From NCBI GenBank assembly GCA_028534125.1, contig CM052818.1:26352001-26416000 (forward strand): a stretch of 64,000 nucleotides of DNA, read 5' to 3'. The DNA is from Lama glama (Eukaryota). A program made the position numbers and the translations under genes. The notes under the pieces were generated by a model, which searched no databases, had not been told where the DNA came from, and saw only the letters and a list, made by a program, of their open reading frames with translations. Positions within the stretch are counted from its first letter, which is position 1. Every line of letters starts with the position of its first letter. Positions 53,390-64,000 of this stretch are shown piece after piece.

Positions 53390-53975
53390 TACTTCTGAAA
53401 AACAGCTAATTATTCACATGGTTCAAAAATCCAGAATCATAAAAGGATATACAGTGAGAAACTTCTCTTCTACCCTCATCCCCTTCCATCTACTTACTCT
53501 CCCTGTGGGCACTCCCCGTGCCCTCCTGTGTGTGCTTCCAGAGGTAGTTTATAGACATACAAGCCAGCACAAATATTATCTACTCACTTTGGCACTTATC
53601 TTTTTTTTCCTATACATCTTTGAAGCTCTTTCTGTATTAGCATATAAAGAGCTGCTTCATCCATTTGTAGACCTGTGTAATATTCATTTGTATGCATACA
53701 CCTTAAGTTATATAACCAGTCCTCTAAAGGTGGACAGTTAGGTTGGTTCCAACCCTTGGCTGTTACAAACTATGCTGGATTGACAACCTTGTATATATAT
53801 ATTATTTCCTTATTCCCATATATATAAATTGGATAAATCTCTGTAAGTGAAATTCTGGGGCCAAAGGCATGTGGTCTGTAGTTCTGATAGATACCACTTT
53901 CCACTGAGGTTGGACCTGTGCGGGCTCCCTGACCCTTGCCAGCCCTGCGTGTTATCACACATTTGCATCTTAAAC
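53390..53975 (-). mobile_element. Old L1 (L1ME-like) fragments, antisense
   Basis: cacatggttcaaaaatccag, ggtggacagttaggttggttccaa, gtaagtgaaattctggggccaaaggcatg motifs. Confidence 0.6.
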
Positions 53976-54029
53976 AGACTTTGTAAGGCACTCCTTTCAC
54001 ATTTGGGAGCTGAGTTCCCAGGGAGTGTG

Positions 54030-54232
54030 CTCCTTAAATGTTAAGACCTCAATGTCTGGAGCCTGAGCCTGGCCACCTGGCACAGTGCCTGGTACTGTGC
54101 AGCCTTGGCAAAGCTGGTGCCTCACTGGTAAAATGGGGATGTTAACATGGGTTCTTGTGAGTGAGCTAGTACACATCAAAGGCTGGAACAGTGCCCGGCA
54201 CATAGAGACGCTCTCAGTAAACACTTCCTATC
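54030..54232 (+). mobile_element. MIR fragment
   Basis: ctgtgcagccttggcaaag...gtaaaatggggatgttaac...ggaacagtgcccggcacatag. Confidence 0.65.
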
Positions 54233-56293
54233 ATAAGAAGCGTTTTGGTGGCTCCTGGGAGACATATACATACCCTCTCCAGGACCAGCCATTTTGTTCC
54301 CAGTGATGCAACTGCCCTGTAGGTTCCTGCATTAGCTACAGAGAAGATGTTGAGAGCATTCAGTCTGGGCATGGCTGTCCATTGGCTTATAAGCCTAGGA
54401 GCCCAGAATATTCAGAAGGATGGGGAGGAAGTGGTCAGGGTCAAGTTGTCAGTATTGGATTGTCTCTCCTAGGATAAAGCATGTTGCCCCAGAGCTGGAG
54501 GCAGAAAGATGACAGATAAGACAAACGACAGGTCAGAGCTCTCAGATATTTCCCCAGCCTCATACCACAAACACCAACTCGTCTAAAGTTATAAAACCGA
54601 CATTTTTGCACCAAATTCCTCCCCTCCTCTACACTTCCAGTGTATTGGGGAGCTCTTAGCCCTGGCACATGGTAGAAACTCGATACAAATTATTGTTTCC
54701 AAAGTCCTAGAAGCCTCCATCCCTGTGTGGTAGTAAATACTATGTAAATATTTGTAGAAAGATAAGAAAAATGCCTTTTAAGGTATCTCCTTTCTTTTCC
54801 CACTCTGGAGAATCTCTGTGCCTGCAACTTATCTAGCCTCTACCCAGCAACCCTTTTCTTATTTTTCTCCAGTTTTTTGTTGCTTCTCTCCCACGTCTGT
54901 ATCCACTCGCCTGACATAAAACCCAAATTCTACCAGGCTGAGCAAACCTCCGGCGAGGGGCCTGCAGTGCCTGTGGCCGTGGCCCAGCAGGGACTGAGGA
55001 CTGGGCGTTCCTCCCCTGGATTCTTCAAGTGTAGCAAGCCTATCCTCTACCTTTCCTCCTCGCTTTTGCTCCCCATATTCCCAGTCACTGTAGGCATAAA
55101 GGGTGAATGTGAGTGATCCAGTCAGAGGGGCAGAGAAGCACTCTCTGGTTGCATCTTCATGGTATTTTTAATTTTCCAAAGACTCTCAAATGAATGCCTT
55201 GCCTTGGTTCTGGCCTTGCATAACCCTGGTTCCACCAGCTGACCACACACAGCCCTCGCAGGCCCTGGCACTGTGGTGGACACACTGTATCTTTCCATGG
55301 CAGCTGCCCTCCTGGCCATATGTGCCGACAACACTGCTCTAGTGGGCAGCTGTTCCCCAGAGCTACTACCCTCCACCTTCTGTGGGCCTAGTGCCCCAGC
55401 TGCTCCTGCAGGCAGTCATCATGCTTGTACCCACAGGGACAGGACAGTGATGCCAGCCACCCTGGGCTTTTGTGCACTTAGAGAGGAAAGATGTTCTGAT
55501 GTTCTAGCAGGAAGACCCAGGGCTTCCACTTTTGTTACTATTATAAGACCCATATACAAGTGAAAACTATGAGAATGATGGACCCACAAGCATGTCTTCT
55601 GTTCTAGGGTTTCCCATCTACTTGCTCAGTATCAGGCATCTCCTTTAACAGTATCTCTGTGCCTTCCTCATCTGAAGTGGGAAGGCAGTCTCGCTGGGTT
55701 CCTCCTTGGAGTGTGTAGTCTATCTGGCAGCTTCCAGAGTAGCCTACTCTGGGTGCAAACCCTCATGCCACCCTGGCCTCCTACCCACTCCCAAAGTCAC
55801 GGTAGGGCAGTCTCACCAGCTTATACTCTGCCTTTACAGGCCTGGGTCCCTGCCACTTCCCAAACAGAGCCAGTTGTTACCTTGCCAGTGGGTGCTGAAG
55901 GACAGTTCTTGCCACCTGTTACGGGCAAATGAATTTAAAACTCTTGCTGAAAGGAAAGAAATCTGGGGCACAGGGCAGATGCAGACGGCCTCCAGCTGCT
56001 ACAAAGCAAATGTGGCTCTCCTCAAGCCACCATCTAACCCAGCCCTCAGAGTATTTACTTATGTATTTGCTCTGTGGCTAGGGGGAGGAGAGCCCAGTGG
56101 GAGAGGTCACAGCAGAGTCATGTCAGGAATTCCCACAGTGGGGAAGGTTTTAGCTTCTCCACATCAGCTGATGTGACTAAAGAGTTGAAGGATTGTTTTC
56201 AAGAGATGAAGAGTTTCTCATCTATAAGATGAGAACCCCCAAACTTTATAGCTCATCACTTCTAATCCTGTCGCACAGCATGTGCAGGGAGGG

Positions 56294-56717
56294 TGTGTTA
56301 GTTGTCTTCTCAGGTAACAAATTACAAACTAGTGGCTCACAGCCCCACCCATGTATTGTCTCATAGTGTCTGCAGGCCAGAAGTTCCGCCAGGGCTTAGC
56401 TCCATGGTCTCATCAGGCTGTAAACTAGGGGTTGGAGCTCTGGTCTCACCAGAAGCTCAACTGGGGAAAGATGCACTTCTAGGTTCCCTCCGGTTATTGG
56501 CAGAATTCATCTGTCACCATAGTGGCTTACTTTTTTCAAAATCAGTAAAGGAAGTCTCATCCCAGTCTGCTAAGGTGGAATCTTTTATAATGTAAACTAG
56601 TCAGGGTTGTGACATCTCATCACCTTGGTCAGAAGCAAGTCACAGTTTCACCCACAAAGGCATTAATTACACTAGGAGGCCACTCCCTGGGGTCACCTTG
56701 GAATCCTGCCCAGCACA
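56294..56717 (-). mobile_element. MaLR solo LTR (MLT1E/F-like)
   Basis: tgtgttagtt...gtaacaaattacaaactagtggctcac...gttattggcagaattca...ggaatcctgcccagcaca. Confidence 0.65.
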
Positions 56718-57561
56718 GGGAGAGGGTACAAGCTTATCAGCAGATGTTTCCAAAGGATTCCTGGGTGAAGACCCAACTTATTTGAAAAAGAAGTGGTTTT
56801 GTTCTTTTCCTTCCATTTCAGAATGCCTCCAAATCCCTAAATTTTTGACATCCCAGTTCTCTCTGCCCCAGCTTGATTCCAGATTCCAGTTCCTACTGCC
56901 TGTATGTTATTGAGAGGGGTTGGGTTTTCTTGGGTTTTTTTGACTCCTTGACTCCTGAATCTCAGTTTTCTCATCTGTAAGAATGCATTTCACTGAGATT
57001 TTGTTGGACACTAGTATGTTGGTCACTGTCATTTACTAAATGAAATTTCCAGCTCCTTTACTTACACGACTACTCATCGGATTGCATTAATTTTATTTAT
57101 ATAAAGAAACTCAACAATAAAATAGTCCTAGTCTTCTGGTGTGAAGGCCAAAGCAAAAGAGAAAATATATCTTAAAACAAATCCAGTTGTATCTAAGGAG
57201 CTGAAATCATTCTGGTTATGTGCTGACAGCAGTTCTTCTAACAGAGGAAAAAGACTAAAATCTTAGACATGTCCAGAAAACTGTCCATGGCCATGTTTTA
57301 AAAGTGCTTATGTCATAAGTTTGTGGTTTTTTTAATCTCTCTCTTTTTTTTCTTTTACCTCCTGAAGCAAGTCTAAGATTAGTGGACCCTTGTTAAGATT
57401 AAACTTTTTAATCCTACTTAATAGGGGGAAACAACAAAATAAAACTTGGCTTCAGATGGGAACTGGCCCTGCCATTATTTACAGGTGCTTGTGAAAAAGT
57501 TGGACCCAAGTGATTCCCTGAAGGGTCAGCTAATTATAACCTGCTTCGGTTTCTCTTCCAG

Positions 57562-57798
57562 GTTTCTCCATGCTGTGGAAGGGATTGGATGATGTAAACC
57601 GCTCTCCAGAAAGCCCTGCTTGGCTATAAGTCCAGGAGGACCTCTTAGACCTCTGTCTCTTTTCAGAGCCACATCTGAAGCTACTTGAGAAAAATGATGT
57701 GACAGTTCCTATCAAAAAGGATATTGGGAAACATATAACATCCACGAAGAAAGTGGCCCTTTTTCCCTTTTGTAGAATCGACATTCTCAAATTCCAAA
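57562..57798 (+). other. CDC42EP3: 5'UTR part of the CDC42EP3 coding exon
   Basis: Acceptor ctgcttcggtttctcttccAG|G (AG 57560-57561) with branch-point-like ctaat just upstream, 237 nt before the ATG. Confidence 0.7.
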
Positions 57799-58563
57799 AT
57801 GCCAGCCAAGACCCCAATTTACCTAAAAGCTGCCAATAACAAGAAAGGAAAGAAATTTAAATTGAGGGACATCTTGTCTCCTGATATGATCAGTCCTCCC
57901 CTTGGAGACTTCCGCCACACCATTCACATCGGCAAGGAGGGCCAGCATGACGTCTTTGGAGACATTTCCTTTCTTCAAGGGAACTATGAGCTTCTACCTG
58001 GAAACCAGGAGAAAGCACGCATGGGCCAGTTCCCTGGGCATAATGAGTTCTTCCGGGCTAATAGCACCTCCGATTCCATGTTCACAGAAACGCCCTCCCC
58101 GGTGCTCAAAAACGCCATCTCCCTCCCGACCATTGGAGGGTCCCAAGCACTCATGTTGCCATTATTGTCACCGGTGACATTCAATTCCAAACAGGAGTCC
58201 TTTGGGCCGGGAAAGCTGCCCCGGCTTAGCTGTGAGCCAGTCATGGAGGAGAAGGCCCCAGAGAAAAGCAGCCTGTTGGAGAATGGGACAGTCCACCAGG
58301 GGGATGTCTCGTGGGGCTCCAGCGGGTCCGCATCCCAGTCCAGCCAGGGCAGGGACAGCCACTCTTCCAGCCTCTCCGAACAGTACCCCGACTGGGCGGC
58401 AGAGGACATGTTTGACCATCCCGCCCCATGTGAGCTCGTCAAGGAAAAGAGTAAATCAGAGGAGTCCCTCTCTGATCTCACAGGTTCCCTCCTCTCCCTG
58501 CAGCTTGATCTTGGGCCCTCATTTCTGGATGAGGTGCTGAATGTCATGGATAAAAATAAGTAA
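57799..58563 (+). CDS. CDC42EP3: Cdc42 effector protein 3 (Borg2/CEP3), 254 aa, single coding exon
   Basis: [48 protein letters not shown]... has a basic N-terminus, CRIB motif ([15 protein letters not shown]), Borg homology segments ([21 protein letters not shown]) and C-terminal BD3 ([12 protein letters not shown]). It matches recalled mammalian CDC42EP3. ATG context ccaaaATGc, TAA stop. Confidence 0.98.
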   Translation: MPAKTPIYLKAANNKKGKKFKLRDILSPDMISPPLGDFRHTIHIGKEGQHDVFGDISFLQGNYELLPGNQEKARMGQFPGHNEFFRANSTSDSMFTETPSPVLKNAISLPTIGGSQALMLPLLSPVTFNSKQESFGPGKLPRLSCEPVMEEKAPEKSSLLENGTVHQGDVSWGSSGSASQSSQGRDSHSSSLSEQYPDWAAEDMFDHPAPCELVKEKSKSEESLSDLTGSLLSLQLDLGPSFLDEVLNVMDKNK

Positions 58564-59610
58564 CCAGCACACCGCCGGCTCTTTTCCTTTGGGGTAAAAG
58601 GTATCCAAACAAAACAAAACTAACCACAAAGAGAAGAGTTTCCCTGGCTCTGTTTGCCATCGTGTGATGGGTTTTCTAAAATAACTTTCCTACAAAATAT
58701 TTTTTTACCTGTTATGCCCTGTTTTGCAAAAACAGTTAAAAAGAAAAAGAAAGAAACCTGTCCTGGCAAAGAGAGGAAGTGAGTCAGACCAATTTTCGGC
58801 GGCATTGCTGGTGTACAGCTCACATTTTTTGTTTCCAGACACGTAAGAAATCTGGCTTGGCCAGGATTGGCACTGCTTAGCTGCGAAGGGCTGTGCCAGT
58901 CACATTAAGGACCTTTACAGTACTCTGGCATTTCAGCCTATTCTGAGCAAGAGGAAGTCAAAATTTATTTAACACCTAAGCCTTTTTTCTAGACTCTTTT
59001 CTATATTATGTTGTTTGGGCTCACCATGGCAAATCTTCAGTGTTAAAAACTTCTCTGTTTTCACATTTGAACAACTATGGGTTTTGGGGATTTTCTTGTA
59101 GCTCTTATTATATATCCCTATATATTATATCTATATTGCGAATTTTTGACTGTCAGCTACATGTTGGTAAGACACAAGCAAAGTATTACTGTAACTAAGT
59201 TATTTTTAAAGTTAAAATATATTTTTATGTGCCTTTGGCTTTTTATTGCAGAGTCTACATTTTATAGATACTACATCAAATGTGGTCATTTGACTTTTTC
59301 CATTGGGGTTCCATTGTAAGCTGTGTATGCTTGGAAAAGTGTATTCATACTTAGCTTTTTTTTTTTTTCCTTCATCTGTTATCATACTTTTCACGGCAGC
59401 CAACAACGGATTGTAAAGTGTAAAGGCACAGGTTACTCACAATGCTTCTGCAGAGACTGTGGGCTACACCACATAATGTTACTTGGAAATATGGGTATTT
59501 TAGTACAGTGCATACTTGCATTACATAGGTACTTCATACAACACAATAAAGAGTAAATGTTAAAATCAATTTTCTTGGTTATAATAATAAACAGAAACAT
59601 AAGATAATAG
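58564..59610 (+). other. CDC42EP3: CDC42EP3 3'UTR (proximal form)
   Basis: AU-rich and apparently repeat-free; ATTTATTTA at 58963-58971; AATAAA at 59545-59550 and 59586-59591. A longer isoform is possible (AATAAA 61479-61484). Confidence 0.65.
59545..59591 (+). terminator. Tandem polyadenylation signals
   Basis: Two AATAAA hexamers ~1 kb after the stop, each followed by T-rich sequence. Confidence 0.6.
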
Positions 59611-62600
59611 TTATATTTTCTTTTAAGTCCAGGGCTAGAAAAACTGCTTCTCTAAAGTGTACCTGAGCCTTTAAAATAAGGTAAGAGATGATCTCCACTC
59701 ACTCAATAATTTTGATTATTTCCCAAAGGTTTGAGATTCCAGAAACAAGGCCCCTTAATTTTAGGGAAAGATGAACATGTGAGAATTTTTTTTTTAAGTC
59801 AGCACTGATGCGAGCCTCTCAAAAACGCACTTCTGTGACTCTCGTCCTTCACTTTAACATAGCAAACTTATGCAACCTCAGTCCCATCCCTATAGGACAG
59901 ATGTTTCCATGCTGTAGGTGCCACATAGACAAGATTAAGGAGGCCAAAAAGAGGGCAGCAGAGACCACTCCCCCCACAAGGAGCCAGAGATGTCCTGAGG
60001 ATGTCGGTAAAGGAAACAGGGAAAGGAAGTGTACACACTGATTTCTGTCCTGTTGTCAACCAGCCCTCTCCCCTCAAAGACAAACACTTGCACACAATAA
60101 CTCATTTCTCCTTGAAATGTATCCCTGAAATGACCTCCTCTTCCAGACACTTCAGTGATTCTCTCACCGCGTCGAGAATTGTTGCAATTCCATCATCTTA
60201 GTCATCTGAAATACCTTTGAACTGCAGGTGAAACACAGAATGACTAACCAAGTAGAAGAGGCAGCAGGCTCCCTTACAGCACTGAGTTCCTGCCCTAATT
60301 TCCCAGCTGTATTTCTATGCCACGATTTTCCAGTGTTCTTTTCCTGCTCTACCACACTCCACTCACAGTTCATAGTTCCAAACAGACTTCCCAGCCTCTT
60401 CTAAACCTTGTGAATGAGGAAGAGTCATTCCTATATCTCATTTTTAACAAGACTCTTTTAACCTGTTATCTTAACTTTTATTGATCATATTCTCTCATTT
60501 TACTCTTCACCTGCAGCATGACCTCAAGGAAGAGATTAAACTGTTAGGTGAAATGATATGGAATGTCTACACATTTTGTCTGCTCCCTCTGTGACGAGTA
60601 CAGAGAACAGCTCTGCCAGTATTGGGTTTATTTGATAGAATTTAAGCAATAATGCATGTAGGTATTTACCCCTTAGACTTTCTGAGCCCTCTCACATACA
60701 GCCACCCCATTAGGTTAGGTTTCACTGAAATGGCAACAAACATGCCCGTTAGAAAGGAAACAAAGCCACATCCGGCTTGTGAATGACATTGTTGAGTCAT
60801 TTCTCCTGTGGCAGCCCTTCTGATACTCAGTTCCTTCCCCAGGGAGCAGGTGCAGAGCTGATGGGGGCTTTCTCCTGCAAAAAGACTTCCGACTTCAACT
60901 GATGTTCTCAGCCTTCTACTTTTAACCTCATTTGTCAAGACGTACACTGCAAATTCAGAATGGCAAGCCACTGCTGTCCCAACAACCAGAAAAGATCATT
61001 CAATTTGTATATAAGTAGAGATACTTCTTGTTGTTGTAGGCAAGGTTCCTGTGGGTGATCTTTCCCCTTAACTCTTCACAAATGTAAAACCATTAATTAT
61101 CACATTTTAGTGAGTCCAAGTCACAAACAAAAGACTGAACTGGTTGAACATAAAAGAGAACCTAGGTTTCCAGAGTCAGTCTATTTTTTATGTTACTGAA
61201 AGTTACCATTTTTTCTCAAGTCTCCCTGCAAAACCACTTGAAGTCATGGTATGGAAGAAGTCCATGAGTCCATGAATTAACTAGATAAATATTTTTAAAC
61301 AGTGAAGAAAATTATATATTAGGACATGGTTCTGAGCCTTCTAATATGGAACCTGGTGGGACTCAATTTTACTGTGAAATACATCAACACAATAGAATAA
61401 GTTAGCATGATGATTTCTCTCCAATAAGGGTTTCTTTGGAAATTATGTTCCCAACCTTGTCCCAAATTTAGCAGGCCTAATAAAATTCTTTAACGTTAGA
61501 ATGAGTCCACCCAACTAATATGAAATGATTGAACTTTTTTTTTTCTTAGTTAAGTCATTAAGTCATAAATAAGGTTGTTAAGTGCTGCCCTGTGTCTCCA
61601 CCCATACTTTTGGGCCAGATCCAGCAAAATAAAAGAAGTTTCCAGATGCCAAGTGATAAAAGCCACTACTAACAAGATGGGTAGCCCTCTGGTTGGTTTG
61701 GCTGTTTGGGACTCAAGAACTTCACAATACTCAAAACTATTCACACACATGAAACATATTGGTTCTGGCTAAGTAATACATTTATTTTCTGAAGAAGAAG
61801 ATGGTCTCCTTGGTAAATTTTTAAGGCTCATTTGTTTCATCTCATGGTACCTGGAAGGTTGTGTGCTTTAATCTGATGGCACATCATTTCATCCAGCCAG
61901 CCTTCCCATCTGAGAATGTTTGATTTTCACCTTATTCTTAGGGCAAGTGCTTATTAAAAAGTAAACCCAAATATTTCTTGCTTAAGTTGTCAGGGAGTCA
62001 GTATTCTGTGTTAAAATGCTGCAGAGAAAGTCATGTGGAAGAATGGGAAGAATTTTATGAAGTGGTGTAGAGCACCATGAGATCCATTTTATAACGACTG
62101 TGCTGCATTTAATTATCTTCTATTTTTACTTTAAAAATCCGATGGTGAATTCACTTCCACTGGCTTCTAGAGAGGGTCAGTAATCTTCATCCTCTGAAGG
62201 TCAACCAAATTTCCTTCATGGGAAGCAGATTGATATGGGTGATAGATTTTAAAAATCTGTCCAAATCAAAGCTACTGTGCAGAATAGAGTTAATATTTCA
62301 GAGACTCATCATGCAGACAGAAATGTCTGCCATATATCAAAACTAGTGAGGCTGAAGTGAAGTGGGCATCATGATCACCATAAATTGATTACTGGAGTAA
62401 GTCATAAGGCGTGTGGGTGATTCATTGCCAAAAGATCACTGGGAAAATAGCTTTGAGTTCTGGGGAGGGAAAGACCAAGGATGGCTCCACGGAAGAGCAG
62501 GACCTAAATAGGGCCTCAAGGGACTGGTAAGATATTTTAGGGAGAAGGGGTATACTCAGGAGGAAGAAGATTTTGAACAAAGAAAAGGATATACTACACC

Positions 62601-64000
62601 CTAGTAGAGTTTCTACTCAAAATGGTCCAGAAACAGGGATTGAAGTAGAAAATGGTCAGTTCTAGGCCAGAAATGATTGAGCCCATGCCTGAGAGGACTC
62701 TCCCCATGGACTAAGAAAAGACTGGCATCTTAGACTGCTGAACAGGTGGTTCCCAGGGTTAGAAATTTGTATACCATAAGCCACCATCCTGTGAAAGCTC
62801 CTGCCAGCCAGTGCCTACACTGTAACCTGAAGGCAGACAGTAAGGCTGTCAGTTGTTAGGGAAAGTCATTTATGATGATGAAAAAAATGAAAGGGGCTAT
62901 GTTTCTCCTGAAACAGCACCAGGTGTAGTGAGTTCATAGTCCCATCCCTGGACTGAACACACTTGGGCAGCTATCCCACCAGCAGTACCTCGGGGAGTTT
63001 CCTCACGCCCCCTTTCAACCCATCATTTCCCAGGCTGGGTTGTAATTTCTGATTGAGCAGCCCCAGGATTAAGGAAGAAAGTGCCTAGGTAAACAGTGAA
63101 CTTCCAATGTCACTGAACAGTCTGAGCTGAGTAGGAAAACCAATTAAATGGAGCAGACGTAAACAGCCCCTGGAATGCTCTCAAACTCCCTGAAGTCCAA
63201 ACTCACAAAATTGAGGCCCAGAGATGGAGATCAGACTTCCAAAGTCTGGTTTCCTGTCTAAGGACCTGCATGCTCCCAGTGGTGACTTCTGGGCTGCCCA
63301 CCCCTCAGAGAAGACCAAGTTCTATCCTAAAATGAGCCCTTATCCTATAAGGTACATCAGGAAAATGGTCATCTCAGCACAGTGCCAAGTCACCAACATT
63401 TACACTGCAAATACCCACAGTGAGAAGTGGAAAGATCCTTCCATTACGTTTGGGTCTGGAACAAAGAGACCCTTGAGGTACTGCTTCCATGGAAAATTCC
63501 ATCTTTAATAGGAGTCACAAGAAATGTGTATAAAATCCCCAAAGGATGTCCCCATACCCATGACCAGCCTTGTTTATAAGTGAAATAGGCAGAACCTGAG
63601 TGACCCTAGAAAGATAAAATTGCTCAAAATGATTTCTCCCCTGTGTAGCTGCCCCAGGGTTGGAACATCTACCAATGGGTTCCTTTGGATAAGGCATTAT
63701 GCTAGGCATGGAGTCCCCTTAAAATACCCCCAGGAATATCAGCATCTTAGAGCCATCAACAACAGGATGTGAACTCACTGAACAGATATCTATCCTAGGA
63801 GCACACACCTCTAGCAACTGGACTAGGGCAAGGGAGACACAGAGAGTAAGCGAGACCCCAAAAAACATGAAGAGCGAGTTCATGGAATGCATTATTTTGC
63901 CTGGGATCCCAAAAAAGAGGGAGGTAGGGAGACAGGCTTTTCCAAAAGATTTACCTGTTACCAAATGTGGCCTTCACCAGAGGAGATAATAAAGGTTATT

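Noticed and set aside
57984..58547. 187-aa antisense ORF and alternative-frame ORFs (57902, 58202) over CDC42EP3
   Set aside because: Shadow ORFs of a GC-rich CDS. The + strand alternates start at TTG and none shows a recognisable domain.

Overview
Mammalian genomic DNA with no prokaryotic systems, CRISPR arrays, rRNA or true tRNA genes. A tRNA-derived SINE at ~46.64 kb and young L1 3' ends suggest a camelid (from recalled repeat families, not a search). The window holds one protein-coding gene, CDC42EP3 (Borg2/CEP3), on the + strand: a CpG-island/GC-box promoter at ~35.3-36.9 kb, a predicted non-coding first exon, a ~21 kb intron, and a last exon from ~57562 carrying the whole 254-aa CDS (57799-58563) and an AU-rich 3'UTR. 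The first ~35 kb is intergenic and repeat-rich (L1, L2, MIR, MaLR/ERV solo LTRs, MER2), with a 500-N assembly gap inside a young L1. I found no convincing novel multi-gene system. The best leads are regulatory or structural: three uORFs interleaved with three candidate splice acceptors in the 5'UTR, a p53-type element in the intron, an ETS+CArG module upstream, an ETS/AP-1 composite and miR-200-family seeds in the 3'UTR, and several nested or internally deleted transposon insertions with readable target-site duplications. Repeat subfamily names and the boundaries of old repeats are by-eye approximations.
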